This document shows positions 48,607-59,017 of a DNA stretch of 64,000 bases, piece by piece (positions within the stretch are counted from its first letter, which is position 1; each line of letters starts with the position of its first letter). The translations under genes were made by a program, and so were the position numbers. This DNA comes from Azolla caroliniana (lineage: Eukaryota; Plantae; Polypodiophyta), in NCBI GenBank assembly GCA_043228905.1, contig JBHGNT010000009.1, positions 16,368,001 to 16,432,000 on the forward strand. Direction: 5' to 3'. A model generated the notes under the pieces. It was given only the letters and a program-made list of their open reading frames with translations, was not told where the DNA came from and did no database searches.

Positions 48607-50061
48607 ATGGAGAATCAACAAGAAGCGATGAATATGATGATGATGATGATTGAGCGGATGCAACAAGAACAACACGCGATGACGGAGATGAAGGCGGCAG
48701 TAGAGCGGCTTGTGCGACGAAATGGGGAATTCAACGGAAATGATGTGTCACGCTATCTACGTGACTACAAAGGGGAGATGATGCGATGTGGGATACCGGA
48801 AGGATTGCAAGTGATATCCTTCAGTCGGGTAGCCACGGATGAGTTACAAGAAAGAATCTACAAGATACGGCAACAAAATCCAACATGGGGGTCCTTTGAA
48901 GAAGCTTTACGAGAGGCATATGACTACGAGAGATCGAAGGGACGAGATCGACGCAAGTTTGACGAATGGGTGGCATTGGAGAAGACCCACCGAAGTGCAA
49001 CACAAGCATTCCTAGAGTTCGAGCATCGTCTTGCTCGACTCTCGGAGCGGGAACAACGATTGGTGGGGGAGGATAAAGTCCTAATGTTCGTAAAATCGAT
49101 CGATCGAAAAGAAAGGATGGACATCGGGATCGAACTCGAAGACGATGACGGTGCGAATGGTCTTACCGAAGATTGGGCCGAAGTCCAAAGGGTATGCCGG
49201 AGACATGATGAGAGGAAGATGAGAATCTTGTCAACGACATGGCCGATGAAGGATGGTCGATTGAAGACAAACGATGGAGCCGATATGAAGGCCGAAATAC
49301 AACATGATGGTGCGATGGAAGAGGGTGTAAAACAAGCTACCCTCTTGTCTTGCAAAAGAACAACGACGAAGGATAAGGCCGATAACCCAAGTGTAGAAGA
49401 AGATTTCAGAATACAAGTGTCCGAAACATCGGGTGAAAAAGGGGTAAGCATAATTGATGCAGTGAAAGAGAGCAAGGAGGACTTGATTGAGGAGGTCGCC
49501 ACGAAAGATGACATCGAATCGAAGGTGGCTATGGACAAATCAACGACGGATGGCCATATCGAGACTTCCCCACCACTGATTCCAAAGACTCCGGCTGTTG
49601 CGTTCGAAAGGCAATGTGAGACCGAAGAGACGGAAGGTGGCGGAGAGAAAACAAAGGTCGAAGCCGATGCGTACGACGGAGAGATAGCCGAGAATATGGC
49701 TATGGGTGAAACAACGGAGGATGATAATACCGAGGATTCCTACCCACTAATTCTAGAGACTTCGGTGGTTGTATTCGAGAACCAACGTGAGACCGGAGAG
49801 ACAGGAGGTGGCGGCAAGAAAGGTAAAGTCAGAAGCCGGTTCGGATGGAAGGTGATCCGGACGGGATTCCGATTCGAAAGAAAGCCGAACCGGGTAAAAG
49901 AGGATTCGACCGAAATTCGACCCGAAAGAAAGCCGAACCGAAAGGAAGAGAATTCGGCCGAAAGACGACACAAACGAAAGCCGAACCGGGCGAATGAGGA
50001 TTCGGCCGAAAGACGACCCGAAAAGGGGTCGACTCGGTCAAAACCGATCGACCGAGTCTGA
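48607..50061 (+). CDS. Gag-like protein with long acidic then basic low-complexity tail
   Basis: N-terminal GEFNGNDVSRYLRDY..TWGSFEEAL resembles host gypsy gag GQFDGRNITKFLDAY..TWTEFEK; E/D/T-rich middle; (RKPNR..EDSAERR) repeats; no CCHC. Confidence 0.75.
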   Translation: MENQQEAMNMMMMMIERMQQEQHAMTEMKAAVERLVRRNGEFNGNDVSRYLRDYKGEMMRCGIPEGLQVISFSRVATDELQERIYKIRQQNPTWGSFEEALREAYDYERSKGRDRRKFDEWVALEKTHRSATQAFLEFEHRLARLSEREQRLVGEDKVLMFVKSIDRKERMDIGIELEDDDGANGLTEDWAEVQRVCRRHDERKMRILSTTWPMKDGRLKTNDGADMKAEIQHDGAMEEGVKQATLLSCKRTTTKDKADNPSVEEDFRIQVSETSGEKGVSIIDAVKESKEDLIEEVATKDDIESKVAMDKSTTDGHIETSPPLIPKTPAVAFERQCETEETEGGGEKTKVEADAYDGEIAENMAMGETTEDDNTEDSYPLILETSVVVFENQRETGETGGGGKKGKVRSRFGWKVIRTGFRFERKPNRVKEDSTEIRPERKPNRKEENSAERRHKRKPNRANEDSAERRPEKGSTRSKPIDRV

Positions 50062-53000
50062 CTTGGCCAAACGCGAATATGGATGGAAGCCGACCTAGCC
50101 GAAAGCCGATCGGACGAGACCGATCCGGAAAGAAGCTAATCCGACTCAACCGGAGGTTGGACCGGTCGAGGCTGGTGAAAATGAGGAAAAGAAAGCCAAC
50201 CGAAACCGAAACCGATAGATCGAAACCGGGCCGGAAGGAGACCGACTCAATCGAAACCGAACAACCGATTCCGATTCGGCCGAATACGAATCCGATCGGA
50301 AGCCGATCAAACCGAAAGTCGATCGGACGAGAGCGATCCGGAAAAAAGTCAAGGTTGATGAAGACAAGAAAGAGGCCAGTAAAAGACACTACCACGAATG
50401 ACAAGGGCCAAGAATATGACGAGAGAGAACAAAGAATATGGTGGATCGGATGGCGACAATGGTTCGGGTGGAAAGAATGGGTCTACTCAAAATGGAGAGA
50501 CAAAGTTGACATAGAGGGACAAATGGAGGATGAAGGGGAGACAACGAGCATCGGCAACTTCGGCACATACCGGAGGATGTGCGGGTTTGGAGGGGGCGAG
50601 TGTCGTAGTATATTTCTTACACTACGTGAAAAAGTAAAAATAATATAACCGATTTAATTACATATAAATAAATAAAATAAGAATATCAAAATATTTATCA
50701 CATGCATAGGGCAAGATTTGAAGCCTATACCTCCACGTAGCCAAACCTCAACTTTACCATTATGCTACCTTATCTTTAGTGTTCTACAAATAGATTTAGT
50801 AACTATAAGTGCTTTATTTGCGCCTACCTTTATTAAAAGGTAAATCATGCATTTTTAGAGTGCGTCAATATTTTATAGAAAAACGCAAGCAACTAAAAAG
50901 TGACTCATGCACATCTAGCGTGCATGAGCACTATATTTAGCAAATAAAAGCAAGGATTAGAAAAGCATTACATGCACATTTAGTGTGCATGAACATATTA
51001 GAAAAAAAGCATGTAGTTATGCTTAGTCTCTCCCATCACTACATAAGGATGGGGAGCACAATGTAATAGAGGTGTGAAATATTTGGAAATTGGATATATT
51101 TCCGAAAACACCAACCGATTAATATAATCGTGGGATTCACGAAAATAATATAATCTATACTTGTGGGATTCACAAGTTTCTTATATCTTTCTTTCAATCT
51201 AAATACATATTCTTATCTAAATATTGATTAATCGAATACAATACACTCGTGGGATTCACGAAATTTCTATCTCTCTTTCTAATAATCTATTCGTTACTAG
51301 CCTCATCTCATATTCTTCTTTCTCCTAGTCCAAAACCTCGGCGGTTCCCACCCGACTCACGCAACGATCCGGAGCCGAAAGGCACGACAACGCGAAGGCT
51401 TTCCCATGCTTTTCAAGCATTTCACGAAACTTTTGCTCCTCTTCAGTGAGGAGGAAATCCTCCTTTCCAACTCGTAGCTTTCTTTTCGTCTCTTCGGTGA
51501 AGACATGACCTATTGTCTTTGGATCTCTTAAGCTTTGATCATTAGCGACTTCCTTCATCTTTTGCCAGCTATCTTCCAGTAGCGGAACATTTTATATTTT
51601 GTGTTGATTTCAGCTTCCTTCATCAAGTTGCCATGATAGTATTCATCGATGATAGCGTACATGCTGACGGAGTTAACCGAAATCACGTGGTTGGTCGTGA
51701 AGTTAGCTCAAGTCCAGAACGTCCTTGATTTCGCCGATGGTGTCGTTATATGAGGCTTCTTCCATAATATGAGTCACAAACTCTTCTTCTTCTATTATGT
51801 TTTCTTCTTTCAGCATCTTTTCGAATTCTTGTATTCGACGCTTGTCCTTCTTGTTGGGTAGTACTAGTTTACATGTGCCACTAGGTGTGACACATGTTGC
51901 TTCTCCTCGCAATCCACATGCTCTATTTTCTTGTGGGGACTTGTGATTGCTCGGACTATTTGTGCCCCATGCTCCAATACTCCGTTCTAAAAATCCGAGG
52001 ATTCGCCTCGAAGACTATCTCGATTTCTTTCATGATTAGCTCGCACCATTAGGAATTGAACATATCTTTAGTTGTCAAGACTCTTTATTCGAGCAAATGC
52101 CGCACCATTGTCGAACACTTTGGTTTCCATCCGAGATGATGTGATATACAGTTGTCCTAGGACGACAGGATGCGACGCCGATTCTTGCAGGAAGAAGTGT
52201 TGATCCATCTCCACATCTCCGATCATGACTTTAACATTGGGACAAGCTCCGTACAAGTCCTCCATAGTCTTTGTTGCCGTGCGAATCTTCCATCTGTGAT
52301 TAGTATTGATTGGCCATCTTCCTTTTTTGTAGAAGTCGGTTGACATGAGGTTGATCTCCGAGCCGTGGTCGATCAAGGCTACCACGGTCTCTTTCTTCTC
52401 CCCGATTTTCACCGGCGTCTCTGTTGTCGCTCGTGCCCAATGAGATCGAGTATAGTGGCTGTTCACCATTTCTTCATCGATTTCGTCTCTTGTCATCGTT
52501 ATGGCATTTGCTTTTGCTTTCAGTGGCTTCTCTTCTTCTTCGTCTGATTGTTGCCTTTTTCGCTTTACAAGGTCCACGATCGTGTCGTGGAACTCCTTCT
52601 TCGTAATGCCGAGTAGTTCCCTCAAGGACAAAGTCACGTGGCTATCAAGAACGCATTCCTCGAGAATCTTCTTCAGGTCTGTTGTCTGCTCTATGTCCGA
52701 CCTTAGCTTATAGGTAGGCATAGTCCTTGTCTTTCGAGTGGGGTCTTCAACACTAATCTTCACGGGCCGAACCATCTCTTCGACTTGTTTGCTCGACTCC
52801 GCTTTTCCGCTAGCATCTCCTTCCTCCATTTGTAAAGATCAACTCGTTTCTGCATCTTTTTTTTTTCTCGCATTCATTGTTTCATGTCTCTTTGATGGGC
52901 CTTGCTCTTCTATTCTTTTTCTCTTTTCTTTGACAAACACCTTGTGGTTGTCACACATCACTTCCGCGAGTATGGTGTTGTCATCCACCAGATCCGACCA

Positions 53001-54605
53001 CCCGGTTATGCTTTGCACGCTTCGGTCTGCAAGCTCTACCTCGTTCGATGTGACCTTCCCCATCTTCTCATACTCGAGAATGGAAGACCAAAACTTTGCT
53101 CCCACTTTTGCAGCTTCATTTTTGTCTTTCCCGACTCTTATTCCGGCCGTTGCCGCATAGTGCATCGCATCCACATGAGTCGCCTCAACATCTTCCATAG
53201 ATTTCTTCATTGCCCCTCTTCCGAAATTCACCCATAGGGGTCTTCGAGTTTCAATCGAGCAGATCATGTTGTCATCTATGTATACGATATTTTGTCAGAT
53301 CGCCTCTCGAAGGCTCGCGCAATCCCTTCTCATGTGGTCCATGCTATCGCACCACATGCATCTAAAGGGTTCTTTTCCTTTGGGGCCCTGGCGATTCATG
53401 TTGGCTAGCGTGACCATCTCGAACTTCTTTGCTAGCTCTTCGATGATGTCATCATCAATCTTCCTTTCTTCCGGGCTGCTTTGTTTGGGCGGCTTAGCTA
53501 CTTTCAGTTGTCTTGTTTTCTCCGCAACAGTCGATCCCGCCAAGTCGGTGTCATCAACCCACTGACGACGCTTGTTGAGCCTATTGCATGCTCGCTTCAC
53601 CGTAACCTAGTCCGCCACAAGCCCATTCGCTTGGGTGTCATCTTCGAGGAGAGTACCCAGTTCTCGTCTATCCTTTATATCCACAACCTTTAGGAAGTAC
53701 AATTGTCCTCCTCAAGTAGCACTTGGTCTGTGGCGGGGAGACGACGAAACATTTGGTCGAATTCGTCGTACACCCTTAAGGCACTCACCTTCTTGTTCTT
53801 CTTTTCTATCCACTTCATCAAGGCATGTCGAGTCATCCTCAACAAATTTTCCGTCGTGAACTCCGCTAATATCACTTTCTCGAACTCTGTCCACGTTGTC
53901 TTCCCTTCTTGAAGCTCGATGACGTGCCTTTGGATGTTGTTGGCGACCACTCTCTTGAAATTTGTGATTTGACGCATTTCAGACATGTCCCTCTGATTCA
54001 TCTCCCTTCTATATGCATCAAGGAACTTCGTAATGTTCCTTCCGTCAAATTGACCCTTGAGCTCAACGACACGGTCGACGGCCTTCCCCATGCTCGCATC
54101 GTTGTCTCGAGATCTCATCATTTGTTCGACGATCAACATCATCCTTTCGAACTCTCCCGCTTGATTGCTTTAGGATGCCATCTCCAAGTATCGGTTGATC
54201 CTCGATTTGATCCTTCCTGCCGCCTCTTTCACGTCGGGTCCACCACTTAATTATGTCGTGAATATCTGTCACTACGCACGGATCGTGAGGCGGAACCGCC
54301 GGGGTTCTGGACCGGAAGGATTCAAAGTTTACGCTAGTTTTAGCAAGAAAGTATTTAAGGTAGATTGAGAGAGATTGATATGGCAAGAGGGAGATACTGA
54401 AATAAAGAGTTAACTCTTGATTTTAGATTTGAGAGAGAAGATACATCAACAATAGGGTTACAAGTCTCTTATTTGATCATCCAAAAATTTTATCTTACCC
54501 TTTCATCTTTTTTCTCCCCTCTTTTATAGATGCCCTCATGCATTTGAGGGTACAAGACATGCATAAAATGCATGTTTGCCATTTGGCGCTCATGTATTCC
54601 AAGAA

Positions 54606-54678
54606 AATGTGTTGGCTTAGTGGTAAGCCTATTGACTCTCAACTTGGAGGTGCAAGGTTCAAATCCTTACTTTCCCTC
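54606..54678 (+). promoter_or_regulatory. tRNA-like Pol III A/B-box cassette in the 5' LTR of the large gypsy
   Basis: TGGCTTAGTGGTAAGC (paired D-stem GCTT/AAGC) ... GAGGTGCAAGGTTCAAATCCTT (T-arm). T8 at 54613 and G53 at 54657 are 44 nt apart. Confidence 0.7.
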
Positions 54679-57600
54679 CTTGTGTATATGTATAAATATT
54701 TATTTATTTATTTATCCATCTGGCCGCCGGTCGCTGGATGTCGGTTACCATCCGGTCATCGGTTGCCGGATGTCGGTTACTGTCCGATCAACGGTCTCCG
54801 GATGCCGGTTCCGTCGTCGGTTGTCGGATGCCGATTACCGTCCGATCGCCGGTCCGGTTTTGGTTGGCCAAAACCTTTGCAAGTAGCTAGGCCACACCCA
54901 TTCGTCCAATAGCTTAGTTCAAGTCACCTTGACCTCTCTATACTCCACACATAGACACAAAGATAAAAGCTTTTGGTCTACCTTATATATGGTGAGATCC
55001 TTATTTCTTGTCTATGGGGGATATCTCACAACTTTATTTTTCTCTTTGTCTTTTCAAACTTCCTGCCCACATAAGTTGACACTTAGATGTCCGTTTCTTA
55101 TGTAGTAAAGTGCATCTAAAAGTTGTTCAACACCTCCATCTTTTTGTACTAAGATATTAAACTTACTTAAAATTTGTATCTTCCCTATTATTGTTTTATA
55201 TGAATCACACTCGATTTCGTACGTTTTATGTGATTTTCACACCATTGCCGAAAATCTTCACTACACCGTGGAAACGTCATAGTGGCATGAGCACAGAAAG
55301 AGGGCACATTGTATATGATGCAAGCCCGACTGTGGAAGTCTTAACTGAATGTAGCAGCCAAGTTGAGTGCAGAGTTATGGCATAAGAGGCTAGGCCACAT
55401 GAGTGAGACGGGTCTGCAACTGTTAGCTGACTAGAAGCTTCTACGAGAAGTCAAGGGAGTTCACCTGGAGAAGTGTGTTGACTCCTTAGTCGGTAAGTAG
55501 CACAGAACAACATTCCATATAACTCTATCGAGAGAGTATTTCTCGACTTACATAGCCGGGGATCATGGTTATGTAAAGATAGGTGATAATGGAGAGTGCA
55601 AGGTAGCAGGAATCGAAAGTGTCTACTTGACGACGTCAACAGGGTATTCGCAGATTCTGAAAGATGTTCGATAGGTTCCCGATAATAGATTGAATCTGAT
55701 ATCGACTGGAAAGATGGACGAAGAAGGCTACATTGGTAGCTTCCAACATGACAAGTTGAAGTTCTACCATGGAAGCGTCATAGTGGCATGAGCACAGAAA
55801 GAGGGCACACTGTATATGATGCAAGCTCGATTGTGCAAGTCGGAAGTGATTGTAGCAGCCCACTGAAGTGCAGAGTTATGGCATAAGAGGCTAGGCCACA
55901 TGAGTGAGAAGGGTCTGCATATGCTAGCCGACCAGAAGCTTCTACCAGAAGTCAAGGGAGTTCACCTGGAGAAGTGTGTCGACTCCTTAGTCGGCAAGTA
56001 GAACATAGCACATTCCACACGAGACCACCAAGGAGAACAGAAGTTGCGCGGGAACTAGTGCACACTGACGTCTGCTATGTAGATGCTCCATCGCATCGAG
56101 GTGGACAATATTTTGTGATGTTCATTGACGACTATAGTCGGAATACATGGGTCTTCGTACTAAAATCAAAGGATCAAGTCAAACGGGAGTCAGGTCGGAC
56201 GTTGAAAGCTATCCGAATTGAGAATGGTGGCAAATATAGAGGGAAGTTCGAAGAATACTACAAAGCCCAATGTATTTGCATCGAATACAGAGTGTCGAAG
56301 ACCCCTGAGTTGACTGGTCTTGTAGAGAGGATGAATCGAACAATCATGGAGAGAGTAAGGAGCATGTGTCACATGCTAAACTGCCAAAAATATACTGGAC
56401 CGAGGCGATGTACACAATAATTTACATGATCAACATATCCCCCTCAATACCACTCAAAGGTGATGTCCTACAAAGGGTTTCGACAGGAAAGGATGTCTCC
56501 TACTGACACCTGAGGGTGTTCGGATGCTTGGTGTATATGCATGTGGCTAAGGATTAGAGGGCGAAGCTCGATAGTAAGTCGAAACCATGGGATACTTGGA
56601 AGATGACTTCGGCTACAGGCTATGGGACTTAGTCGACAAGAAGGTAGTGAGGAGTAGGGATGTAGTTTTCTTGGAAGAAAAAACAATTGAGGACTGGAAG
56701 AAACAGAAGTCCGAATTGACTTCCCAATCGCCCTCGATTACCACCTTAAGACTAGCTGAAATGACACAGTCGGCTAATCAGAGACAGCTAGATGGAAGGG
56801 CTGAATCAAAGTCCTTTGACTCAGAGCAACTGATCTATAAGTCGGAATTGACGGACCTGTTGAATTCGATCGAAGAATAGGAATCGAAGTCGGTGGACAT
56901 CTAAGCCGAGCCAACGACAAATGGAAGGAGATATGCTCTCAGAAAGAGAAGAGCACCGACAACATATGCCAGCCAATACATCCTCTTGACTGATGAAGGT
57001 GAGCCAGAGTGCTATAATGAAGCCATTGCCGATAAGCACAGGTTTAGGGTTTATGGTTTAGGGTTATGGCTGAATGAAATGCAAGACAAGATGGACTCCT
57101 TGCATGAAAACTACACCTACGACTTGGTGGAATTACCGAAAGGTATAAGAGCACTCACAAACAAATGGGTCTATAAGGTGAAGACTGGAGAAGTCGACAA
57201 CACGCCTAGGTATAAAGCCCGAATTGTGGTGAAGGGCTTCCAACAGAAGAAGGTGTCGACTTTGATGAGATATTCGCTCCAGTAGTAAAGATGACATCCA
57301 TTAGAACTGTTTTATGCATAGATGCCAACATGGACCTAGATATCGCAGTCTTGGATGTCAAGAAAACATTCTTGCATGGGGAGTTGGATGAAGAAATCTA
57401 CATGCAGCAGCCCAAAGGCTTTGAGGAGAAAGGGAAAAAGAACTTGGTGTGTCGACTGAAGAAAATCTTGTATGGTCTAAAGCAAGCTCCACGCCAATCG
57501 TAGAAGAAGTTCGAATTGTTCATGATGGAACATCAGTTCTAGAAAACACAGGTTGATCACTGTGTGTTCTTCAAAAGGTACGATGAAGGTGACTTCTTGA

Positions 57601-59017
57601 TTCTCTTATTATCTGTAGATGACATGTTGATAGTCGGTCAAGATACAAGGAAGATCGGAAGCTTGAAGAAAGCCCTAGGCAAATCGTTCACCATGAAAGA
57701 TCTTCGACTCGTTAAACAGATCTTGGGGATGCAAATAGTTCGAGATAGAACTAAGAAAGTGTTGTGGTTTTCACAACAGAAGTATGTGACAAAGATCCTA
57801 GAGAGGTTCAACATGTCGGAAGAAAGCCATTCGGCTCTGTGTTGCCGACCAATTGCATGTTAAATGCTAAGCAATGCCCGAGAGGGGAGAAAGAAAAGGT
57901 TGAGATGAGGAAAGTACCATATGCCTCGGCCGTCGGCAGTCTAATATATGTTGTGGTCTACACGAGACCAGATATAGCTTTTGTTGTGGAAACAGTAAGC
58001 CGATACATGAGTAATCTAGGAAGAGAACACTAAGCAATGGTGAAGTGGATACTTAGGTACTTAAAAGGCACCTCGGTGGTATGCGTAATGTATGGTGTTC
58101 GAAAACCCATGCTCAAAGGGTTTACCGACTCGTACATGTCGGGGGATGTAGACTCAAACTGATCCACACCAGGGTACGTGATGACCTAGGCAAGGGGAGC
58201 AGGATCGTAGTAGTCACGATTGCAGAAGTTTGTGGCGTTATCGACAAAAGAAGTAGAGTACATGGCAGTGGTTGAGGCCGTCAAAGAGTTGATTTGGATG
58301 ACAAACTTTCTTAGCAAGTTAGGGATGAAGCAAAGGGAGTTCTTGCTTCATTGTGACATCCATAGTGCCATATATCTAGCCAAGAATGTTGCATACCACT
58401 CCTGGACTAAGCATATACAGAGGAGGTATCACTAGTTGCGGGAAAAATTCGAAGAAGGAGACATTATTCTCATGAAGATCCATACTGAAGAAAACGGATC
58501 CGACATGTTGACAAAGAACTTGCCAATGGACAGACTTAGAGTATGTCGATAAAAGACATGATTGACTGATTCCCTCCCACAAGAGTGAAGGGGGGAGTTT
58601 GTTGGGAATATGTCCCTCTAGTGGGAGGAGCCAATTGTTCGGGCCTAGAAGAGACGACAGTTGACGCCAACGAGGAGCCGATTGTTCAAGCCGACAAGAG
58701 CCGACAATCAAAGAAAAGGAGGAGCCGACTGTTCGGGCCGAGTACTGAGAGTCGAAGAGTTGACAGTAGAGAGTCGGTTGATTAACTGTCGATTATTAAT
58801 ATAACTAGAAGAATAATAGTAACGTTGTGCAGTAGGGGCTACACTTGTAAATAGCCCATATGATGTATGAGTATAAATACATCTAGGGCAGAAAATAGAG
58901 TGTCACTTGAACAAAATAAGGGATTAGCCTTTGTTATTAGAGAGTGTTAGAGGTGAGCAAGAGCGGCGCCATAGTTGTGTTCGTAACAACAGACGCGAAG
59001 AGCCTTGTGAGGCTGAT

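Larger units (their letters stand above)
47787..51389 (+). mobile_element. Non-autonomous gag-only LTR element (TR-GAG-like), tRNA-Trp PBS
   Basis: LTRs 47787-48568 and 50601-51389; PBS tggtgaacccgacgtgaa at 48573-48590; PPT ggagggggcgag before 50601; 4-bp TSD ACGC; no RT or integrase. Removing it restores host GKAFAFSP. Confidence 0.92.
38164..55265 (-). mobile_element. Degenerate full-length non-chromovirus Ty3/gypsy (tRNA-Trp primed) carrying two nested elements
   Basis: 5' LTR 54254-55265; 3' LTR 38164-44682 (split by the chromovirus); PBS tggtggacccgacgtgaa 54228-54245; gag with CMWCDSMDHMRRDC, protease, RT (LPQGATNS, FLDDI), RNase H and integrase, all broken; TSD CCAT/CCGT. Confidence 0.9.

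Noticed and set aside
54606-54678. Functional tRNA gene
   Set aside because: D- and T-arm motifs are present, but acceptor and anticodon stems do not pair in any copy, so these are reported as tRNA-like cassettes only.
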